Positions 55,101-64,000 of a DNA stretch of 64,000 nt are shown piece after piece (within the stretch, counting starts at the first letter, position 1; every line of letters begins with the position of its first letter). The DNA is from Malacoraja senta (taxonomy: Eukaryota). Location: positions 8,434,001 through 8,498,000 of the forward strand of contig CM075996.1 of the NCBI GenBank assembly GCA_038087875.1, read 5' to 3'. The notes below the pieces were generated by a model, which saw only the letters and a program-made list of their open reading frames with translations, ran no database searches and was not told where the DNA came from. The translations under genes were made by a program, and so were the position numbers.

Positions 55101-58100
55101 TATTAGCGAACAGCCCTGCCATTTTATTCTGTGTATCAGCTAGTATCCCATGTTGTGCCTTCATCTCATCTACCTGTGCTGCTGCATTCAAGAACAATGA
55201 AGAAGAGGGACCAAGTCCCAGGATCACCACGTAAAATGATAATGTTGTCTATTCTTGATTACTTTCTTCCCGTGTATTAATTAATCCTGTCAGACAGTCG
55301 TTACAGCGTGGAAACAGGCCCTTCAACCCAACTTGCCCGCGCTGACCAACATGCCCCACCTGTCTGGTGCATATCCCAAACCTGTCCTATCCATGTACAA
55401 ACATTGTGATATTACCTGCCTCAACTACCTCCTCTCGCTCAGCATGTTTTCCTGTACTCACCTACCATTGCGGTTTGACTTATCTGGATTATTACTGCTC
55501 TCCTCCTTAAATATGGGTTCCATAGTTGTGCTCCTCCAGGTATCTGACACCTCAGTGAACACAATTGAGAAGTAGTTATTTAAGATCTCGTCTACATCCT
55601 CTGGCTCCACATGCAGCTTGCCATTTTGGCCCCCACTGGGATCTAATTCCCCTTAATATACATAAACATGGTTGTTCTCCTTCTGGACTCTACATTTTGC
55701 CAGGCAAACTGTTAATTGATGTAGATACACTTTGTTGGGGTTAATTGCGAGAAGCTACGTCATGCTCAGGACCCTGATCTGTGGATACAAAATGCTGGAG
55801 TGACTCAATGGGTCAGACAGCATCAATGGAGGACATGCATAGGCGACCTTTCGTGATGTGGCTGAAGAAGGGACCCGACCTGAAACGTCACCTATCCATG
55901 TCCTCAGCCTGACCTGCTGAGCTATTCCAGCACTTTGTGTTTTTTTTTTAATCAACCAGCCTCTGCAGTTCCTTGTCATCCCGATCTCTGGGATGTTGTC
56001 GGGGTTAAACACTGCTGCTGGAAGATCGGTGAGAGGTGTACTGGAGTCTGCCTGAAACTCCAGTGTAAGGTGATGCCACAAGCCAGTGCTGTCAATTGGC
56101 ACACTCTAGGATGCAGCAGTACGTGCTGAGGGATGCACTGAAGCTCGGTGCAGCCAATGCAAAGGTCGTGGGTAGAATCCAGGCGGTATTGTGTGCAGAG
56201 GTCATAGAGTGATACAGCGTGGAAACAGGCACTTCGGCCAACTTGCCCACACCGGCCAACATGTCACAAGGTGATAAGGAATAGGAGTAGAATTAGGCCA
56301 TTCGGCCCATCAAGTCTACTCCGCCATTCAATCATGGCTGATCTATCTCTCCCTCCTAACCCCATTCTCTTGCCTTCTCCCCATAATCCCTGACACCTAT
56401 ACTAATCAAGAATCTATCTATCTCTGCCTTAAAAATCCTTATAGGATAATGTTAACATGCGGGGATCACTGGTCGGCGCAAACACAATGGGCCGAAGGGC
56501 CTGTGTTTGAGCAGTGTTTAACCCTGAGAGCATCCCACAGATCAGGAGGTCTTTGGCCCTGTGGAGTGACCTCCCAAACCATTCACTGATGGAACATTTG
56601 GGGATGAAACATTAATGAACATTTAGCTTAGTTTATTGTTACGTGTACCGAGGTACAGAGAAAAGCTTTTCATTCCATGCTCTCCAGTCAGCGGAAAGAC
56701 GATACGTGATCACTATCGAGTCGTCAACAGTATATGATATAGGATAAAAGGGATGGCGTTTAGTGCAAGGTAAAATCTGATTAGAGATAGTCCGAGGGAT
56801 TCCAATGAGGTAGGTAGTTGCACTGTGCTCTCGAGTTGATCAAATATTGTAATGATATTCTTGGCACAGTTGGTTAAGGCAATGTGGCCAACAGGACTGC
56901 GTCATTACATCTGTGTCAGACTGGGTCATTACATCTGTGGCCCACTGCTGGAGCCGCCTTGTTCCCCGTGGCACTGCTTGCTGCTGTGTGACTAACCTCC
57001 ACCTCCCCACAGGGTTACCGCGTGGCTTACGTCGTCTTCAAGAGCCCGGCTGGCATGAAATCTGCCCTGAAACCCCAAACCCCCTGGATCCTGTCTCCCA
57101 GCGAGCACCCGGTCACCACCGGCCTTCAGAGTGAGTGCCTCGTCCAGTTGCTAACGGTGATTTAGTTAGTTTAGAGATACAGCGCGGAAGCAGGCCCTTC
57201 GGCCCACCGGGTTTGCGCCGACCTGCGATCCACACATATTAACACTATCCTGCACCCACCAGCGACAATTTTTTCAATTTACCTAGCCAATTTACGTACA
57301 TACCCGTATGTCTTTGGAGTGTGGGAGGACCGCAAAGATCTCGGAGAAAACCCACGCGGAGAACTTACAAGCTCCATACAGACAGCACCCGTAGTCTCTA
57401 GAATTTAGAAGGATGAGACGGGATCTTATTGAAACATAAGATTATTACGTGTTTGGGCACGCTAGAGGCAGGAAACATGTTCCTGATGTTGGGGGAGTCC
57501 AGAACCGGCCACAGTTTAAGAATAAGGGGTAAGCCATTTAGAACAGAGATGAGGAAACAGAGAGTTGTGAGTCTGTGGAATTCTCTGCCTCAGAGGGCGG
57601 TGGAGGCCAGTTCTCTGGATACTTTCAAGAGAGAGTTAGACAGGGCTCTTAAAGATAGGGGATATGGGGAAAAGGTAGGAACGGGGTACTGATTATGGAT
57701 GATCACATTGAATGGCGGTGCTGGCTCGATGGGCCGAATGGCCTTCTGCACGTATTGTCTACTGTAGTTGGGATTGAACCTGGGTCTCCGCGCTGCAAGC
57801 ACTGTAAGGCAGCAACTTTACCGCTGCGCCACCGCGCCGCCCAGTGATGGTGGGCGTGGGGTGGGGGTCAGAGATGAGCAGCGCGGGTGGGCTTGGTTGT
57901 GAGCTTGGGTTTGCCAGTGAGGCATGAGCGGGCCGGGGGGGATGGGGGGGGGGGCACTGATGGAGGACACACGTGCTGTGGTGGCTGCCTGTTTGGGAGG
58001 GTCAGAGAGTAGCCGTAGTGGTGACGGGTGGGAGGGTCAGTGTGGCCCGTGCACAGTGGGAACCCAGGCTGGTCGTTGCTACTCCCTACTCCAACCCTTC

Positions 58101-60836
58101 CTCCTTTTCCAGAGTGGATCCAGGACTATCGCTGCAGCATCACAGACACCGAGGCTCTGCAGAAAGAAGTGGACGACTTCATGAAGAAACATGACCAGCG
58201 TGTGGCAGCGGTGAGGGCGGTTGGTGTGGGCCCCTGTCTCAGTGGTGGCTGGCAGAGGCTGGGTCTGGGGTGGTGGTCAGTTTTTGCCCCTCTGTGGCGG
58301 AGAGGTGGGGGCAGGGTTTTGGGGGGGGGTGGGGTCGGTGGGGGACCCTATGTGTTAGTGGCAGCTGGTAGAGGCTGGGTTTGGGGGGGGGTCCAGTTTT
58401 GGCCCCTCTGACACTGGTGGGGACAGGGTTTGGGAGGGGGAGGTGTGGGGCCCTGTCTCAGTGGCAGGGAGGTGGGGGCAGGATTTTTGGGGGTGGGTGT
58501 GGGCCCTTGTCTTTTAGTGGTGGCGGAAGGGTGAGGTGGAGGGTGTGTGTGGGCCCCTGTCTCGGTGACGGGGAGGTGGGACAGGGTTTGGGGGGGGGGG
58601 GGTCAGTGGCTGAGGTTTATTGTGCCTGAGATCTGGTCTCGGTGGTGATGGGGTTTATTGGGGGCGGGGAGGTCGCCCAGGGTGGCAGGAAGGGGCAGGT
58701 CCAGTGCTGCTGTGCACATGGGTCAGGGCCTCTCTCTGCCCCACATCCACTGCGGTCCTGAGAGAGACCCTGGTGCGGGCGTCCACTCAGTTCCCTGCTG
58801 AGGGTGGGAGGGAGTTGAAGGCGGCTCCGGTCTGAATGGATGAGCTCAGAGCAAGAGTTGTGGACGTCACCCACTCCCATCACACAGACCAGACTCCCCA
58901 CAGTCAACTCCTACACTTCACGCTGCCTTGGACAAGCAGCCACGGTCATCCTACCCAGTCGTTCCACCTCCTCCCTGCTCCCGTCTGGCAGAAGATACAG
59001 AAGCTTAAAAGTGCGCACCACCAGACCTCTACGCCATTCACCTCTACCCCATTGCAGACATTGGACTTTGTCTCTGGAACTGATGCGCTACAAATGCTGA
59101 GAACGATATTCTTCGTTCGGCATCTTCCCCTTTGCTCTACCTGCTATACTTTGACTTGGTTGTGTTTAGGCTTTTAGTGATCCAGAACGGATACAGGCCC
59201 TTCAGCCCACCGACCAGCGATCACCTCATACACTAGCACCATCCTACACACTAGGGACAATTTGCAATGTTACCAAACCTGAAAACCTGTAGGTCTGGAG
59301 TGTGGAGGAAACCGGGGCACCCGGAGAAAACCGACGCATGTTCACAGGGAGAAGGAACGAACACCATCCAGGCAGCACCCGTAGTCAGGATGTAACCCGG
59401 GTCTCTGGCGCTGTGATGCAGCAACTCTACCGCTGCGCCACAGTACCGCTTGTCTAATATCCAGTGTTATCTGATCAGTCGGGATAGCGAGCAAGCGATG
59501 CCACTGCTTTCTCTGTACCTGTGTACTGGGGGGAGGGGTCAGTGCAGGGTCTGACCTTTCCCGTCTGCGCCCAGATGGAGGCTCGGGCCGGAGCGGAGGA
59601 CGGGGTCCCGGACGATGAGGGCTGGTGAAGGTGACGAGGAAGGGGCGACGCCCGGGGGTCCCGCGCACGAGGCACGCAATCTGCAGGCAGTACAGCGCGA
59701 GAAACGGAAGCGGCAACAGCGGGAGCTGCTCAACTTCTACAGCTGGCAGCAGCAGGACGCCAAGCGTGAACGTGAGTCTTCCGGGGGTCGGGGGGAGGAG
59801 GAGAGAGGGGGGAAGAGGGAATGGTCTGGGGGAGGAGTATCGAGGAGAGAAGGGAATCGGGAGGGTGTAGGGGTATGGAGGGGGGTGATGGTCTGGAGTG
59901 AGAATGGCAGGGAGCAGTCGTCCCATGGAAGGAAGGGAGTGGGGCGGAGATCCCAGGGAGAGGGGAGAGGCGGTGGACTAGGGGGAGGGGGAGGGGGCGG
60001 TGGACCTAGGGGCGGAGGGAAGGTGCACTCACTCAATTCCCAAGGCCAGCATTGGCCTGCAGAGGCCTCTTCAGTGGGAGAGGGTGCGTTGCTGCTGCCT
60101 TCCCCAGGACTGAGCATTGGTTACAGGATCACTGGGAGGGAAGTTCTATCCACCCTCCTTCCCTCACCCAACATGCTGGGTGTGGCCACAGTTGGTGCTG
60201 CCACAGGTGGCTGCTTGAGTTCCACCATAAATAGGTCCTGCAGCCCGGCGTCTCCGCCCCTCCCCCCCCCCCCCCCCCCCCCCCACACCGGGGTACCACA
60301 GGATGCTGCCGTCTCTTGTTCCCTCCCCTCCCCTGAGATACCACAGTACTCCGGCGTTTCTGGGTCCCACCTCCCACCACTACCAAGAAACTGCAACCCC
60401 CTGGCTCCCCTTCTCACCTCCCCATGTCCTTGCGTCTTTGCTCCCCACGTCCCTGAGATGCCACAAACCCTGGGTCTCCGCCCTCACTATCTCACCTCCC
60501 CGTGTCCTGCCGTTCCCCGAGGTACAACTGACCCTGCTGATGTCTCTCGTTCCCACCCCTCTGAGATACCACTATGCCCTGATGTCCATGGGTCCCCCTC
60601 TCCCCCCCTCACTTCCCCATGTCCTGGCGTCTCTGCCTCCCACTCCCCACTACTTGCCCGGGATACCACTGATACCACCGGTGTCTCTGGTCTCCCCATG
60701 CGCTGGCATCTCTGGCCCTCCCCAACTCAGGCTTGTCTGTTCTGTTTCCAGATATCGCTCAGCTTCGGAAGAAGTTTGAAAGGACAAACAGAAGATTGCT
60801 CTGATGAGGGCGGAGCGGAAATTCAAGCCTTACTGA
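51807..60836 (+). CDS. RRP7A: RRP7A (ribosomal RNA-processing protein 7 homolog A); exons 51807-51882, 52021-52160, 54763-54888, 57013-57130, 58113-58210, 59575-59771, 60752-60836; three apparent 1-bp deletions in exons 6-7
   Basis: Spliced product contains RTLFVLNLPPYCT, SVELQEKP, GYRVAYVVFKSP, KWIQDY..EALQKEVDDFM, GVPDDEGW-VKVTRKGRRP, RELLNFYSWQ, IAQLRKKFE-EDKQKIALMRAERKFKPY*; all introns GT-AG. Confidence 0.92.
52021..52160 (+). CDS. RRP7A: RRP7A exon 2
   Basis: ...RPQERTLFVLNLPPYCTQ; cag/gtaccg boundaries. Confidence 0.92.
52166..53440. repeat. Polypurine minisatellite, ~24-bp unit GAGAGATAGAGGGGGAAGGGGGAA, in RRP7A intron 2
   Basis: About 1.2 kb of near-pure purine tandem repeat. Confidence 0.95.
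54763..54888 (+). CDS. RRP7A: RRP7A exon 3
   Basis: ESVHRLFSQCGTVTSVELQEKP...SKFFSRKYAE; tag/gtaatc boundaries. Confidence 0.92.
57013..57130 (+). CDS. RRP7A: RRP7A exon 4
   Basis: GYRVAYVVFKSPAGMKSAL...HPVTTGLQ; cag/gtgagt boundaries. Confidence 0.92.
58113..58210 (+). CDS. RRP7A: RRP7A exon 5
   Basis: KWIQDYRCSITDTEALQKEVDDFMKKHDQRVAA; cag/gtgagg boundaries. Confidence 0.92.
59575..59771 (+). CDS. RRP7A: RRP7A exon 6 (two apparent missing bases)
   Basis: GVPDDEGW / VKVTRKGRRPGVPRT / EARNLQAVQREKRKRQQRELLNFYSWQQQDAKRE lie in three successive frames. Confidence 0.85.
60752..60836 (+). CDS. RRP7A: RRP7A terminal exon (one apparent missing base); AATAAA at 60996
   Basis: IAQLRKKFE / DKQKIALMRAERKFKPY*. 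Confidence 0.85.
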
Positions 60837-62445
60837 GGCCCAGCGGGGAGGGGGAGTGGGTGTCGGGTGGGTGAGGCTGGGGGTGGCAACTGCTCAGTGG
60901 TTGCAGATTCAGTTTATTTTCACACTATTTATTGGATTTAGAATATTTCATTTTTATTCTTGGAAATATGTTCCATACTCTCGAGAAATTTGTAAAATAA
61001 ACAGATAACCTCTTGAATAGTGCATCCTTTGCTGACCAGAAGCAAGTAAAAACAGAGGTGGAGACAGGCTGCAGATGCTGGAATCTGTAGCAAAAGGCCG
61101 GCTAATGGAGGAGCTTGGCATCTGTGGAGGCAAAGGGGTGGTCAAAGTTTCAAGTGGAGGTAGACACAAAATGCTGGAGTAGCTCAGCGGGACAGGCAGC
61201 ATCTCTGGACAAGGAATAGGTGACATTTCGGGTCAAAACACTTCTTCAGATTTCTATCCAGGGATGCTGCCTGTCCCGCTGAGTTACTCCAGCATTTTGT
61301 GTCTATCTTCGGTGTGGAACTAGCATCTGCAGTTCCTTCCTACACATTTCAGGTGGAGACTTGCACCAGGATTGAGTGTAGAGGAGAGATGGCTGGAGTG
61401 GGGAGGTAGGGAGGGGAGTGGGAGGGGTGAGGCAGGAGTCCAACCAGGTGCGATGGGCAGAGGTGAATTTGGAGGCGGGTTTGTTGGGTGGTAGATGGAA
61501 ACGGAACGATATGGGAAAACATGTTTAAGAAAGAACTGCAGATGCTGGAAAAATCGAAGGTAGACAAAAATGCAGGAGAAACTCAGCGGGTGAGGCAGCA
61601 TCTATGGAATGAAGGAATTGGTGACGTTTTGGGTTGAGACCCTTCTTCAGACTGATGTGGGGGTGGGGAGGTGGGAAGAAGAAAGGAAGAGGTGGGGACA
61701 GTGGGCTGTGGGAGAGCTGGGAAGGGGAGGGGAAAGGGAGAAGCAAGGACTACCTTGCGTATGGCGTACACAGACTAAAGTTGTCAGACAACTTGTTCTA
61801 TTTGATTGTGCACGCCAGGTTGATTGCATTCGTCGAAACAGGGCGGACCACGTGAAGGTTGCAATCTCCCACCCAAGGACTACCTGAAATTGGAGAAGTC
61901 AATGATATGGGAAAAGAAGTGTAGAAAGGAACTGCAGATGCTGGTGTATGCCGATGATAGACACAAAGTGCTGGAGTAACTCAGCGGCTCGGGCAGCATC
62001 TCCAAAGAAAAAGGGTGGGTGAGGTTTTGAGTCGGGACCCTTCAGAGATGAAAAAAAGAGCACCATATGGAGCCAGGTGGAGGCTGGAGGTGATGTGGAA
62101 CCAGATAAGGGAGGGTGATGATCAGATGGATCTGGGAGGGGGAGGGATTAGCCTGGGGAGGGGAACCCCAGGCAGTTGGGTGTCTGGACGATAGGTGAAT
62201 GGAACCAGCTGGGGTAGGGTGACAAATCTAGTTAATGGGACGGGGGAATGGAGCATGTGAACGAAGGGAGGAACTGGGGGGAGGGGAGTTAGCTAGAATT
62301 GTAAAATTCAATGTTCATACCATTCTGTTGTCTACATCCTCATCATCACTCAGTTCCACCAGTCGTATCCCTCGCCACCTTCCTCACTCCCACCCCTCCC
62401 CTCCTTCACTTCTGGCTCCCTGCCCCCTGCACAATCTCAACCCAA

Positions 62446-63060
62446 ACATAGAAAATAGGTGGAAGAGGAGGCCATTTGGCCCTTCGAGCCAGCACCGCCA
62501 TTCACTGTGATCATGGCTGATCGTCCCCAATCAAATAACCCGTGCCTGCTTCTCCCCATATCCCTTGATTCCACTACCCCCTAGACCTCTATCTAACTCT
62601 CTCTTAAATCCATCCAGTGATTTGGCCTCCACTGCCCTCTGTGGTAGGGAATTCCATAAATTCACAACTCTGAAAAAGTTTTTTCTCACCTCTTAAATGG
62701 CCTCCCCTTTATTCTAAGACTGTGGCCCCTGGTTCTGGACTCGCCCAACATTGGGAACATTTTTCCTGCATCTAGCTTGTCCAGTCCTTTTATAATTTTA
62801 TATGTTTCTATAAGATCCCCCATCCTTCTAAACTCCAGTGAATACAAGCCTAGTCTTTTCAATCTTTTATAGAAAATAGGTGCAGGAGTAGGCCATTCGG
62901 CCCTTTAAGCCTCCTATGACAGCCCTGCCATCCCAGGGACCAATCTCGTGAACCTACGCTGCACTGCCTCAATCACAAGGATGTCCTTCCTCAAATTAGG
63001 AGACCAAAACTACGCAATACTCAGATGTGGTCTTACCAGAGTCCTATACTACTGCATACA
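62446..63060 (-). mobile_element. CR1-like LINE 3' fragment; similar fragments near 18090-18470, 48890-49520 and 57395-57750
   Basis: Same sequence family as the CR1 fragments at 29289-31004, with an (ACATAGAA) tail. Confidence 0.75.
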
Positions 63061-64000
63061 GAGCCCTATAAAACATCACCCATCCCTCTGCTTCCGCAGC
63101 TGCGGCTGACCTGCTGAGTTCCTACAGCAGTTTGTTTTTCGTTGAGAGATGAAGGCAACACAGAGCCGCTTTCTGCCCCTGTGAGGGTCTCGGGTTCTGC
63201 TGAAGTGTTTCACGGTTCTGGGACTGCGGGAAGACGTGACCATGCAGCATCACTCACTGATCTAGTCCAGTAGCAGATCAGGAAACTTGTGTGTAAATCT
63301 CAGGAGCTTGGGGTTAGTTGTCACGGGGGTGGCGTGGAGGGGGGTTGGGTAACGGTGTGGGTGGGGTAAAATGAGAGGAGGGTGTCCTTCCTGGCCTCAA
63401 GCCCATCACGATGCCCATCAGTGTTCTGTGGCCTGCCAGTGCTGCTGTGAGTCCACCCACATCCACCATACTACTGAGAAAACACACAAGGGCCTCTACT
63501 TCCTCAGTAGATGAAGGAAATTCAGCATGTCCCCAATAATACTTACGATTTCTACATAGAAAGCTTCCTATTTGGATGTAACAACTACTCGATAATAGTA
63601 ACTACTCTACTCATGACCACAGGAGAGAGTCGTGGACTCAGCCCGATCCATCACGCAAACCAGCCTCTTCCTCTCCTTCCCTACTGACTGCCTCCAGAAA
63701 GCAGCAAATGTAACAATAGCCACTTACACCCTGGTCATCCCCTGTTCTCTCCGCACCTGTTGGGCAGAAGATGCGAAAGCTTGAGAGGACGCCCCATCTG
63801 ATTCAGGAACAGCTTCTTCTCTGCTCTCAACAGACTCTTGAACAGACCTCTCCTGCTGGAGATGAATTCCCAATCTTCTAATCTACCTCATGGATACAAA
63901 GTAACTGCAGGTGCTGGGTTACAAAATAAAGACACAACGTGCTAGAGTCAGCAGGTCAGGCAGCATCTCTGGATAACGTGGATAGGTGATGTTTTTGGTC

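Noticed and set aside
59615..60874. 419-aa ORF as a novel protein
   Set aside because: It is part of RRP7A exon 6 read through a GC-rich low-complexity intron.
1..64000. U12 snRNA (RNU12), SERHL or CYB5R3, expected from mammalian synteny
   Set aside because: No recognisable sequence for them was seen; they would be expected outside this window.

Overview
Vertebrate genomic DNA, most likely a cartilaginous fish such as a skate or ray. This is inferred from the dense HE1/V-SINE-like tRNA SINEs, CR1 LINEs and Penelope-type repeats. Two host genes lie on the + strand: the last six coding exons of POLDIP3 (1537-10019) and a seven-exon RRP7A (51807-60836), whose last two exons carry three 1-bp deletions. 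The ~40 kb between them is mostly transposable-element sequence. The most striking structure is a P-element/THAP9-type DNA transposon system. (1) A 13.8-kb unit (23271-37072) is bounded by CAAAGAT ends and a near-perfect 8-bp direct repeat (CTGCTGAG/CTGTTGAG). (2) It holds a spliced but defective THAP-transposase gene and a 3.4-kb inverted duplicate of it. (3) A diverged relative is nested inside. (4) There are 33-46-bp end-to-end remnants, two with perfect 8-bp TSDs, that match the footprints expected from P-type 17-nt staggered excision. (5) A 405-bp non-autonomous member lies 4 kb upstream. Next to this unit is an intact, young Gypsy LTR retrotransposon (37429-42017) with a 1311-aa gag-pol ORF. 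All calls were made by eye; no database searches were run.
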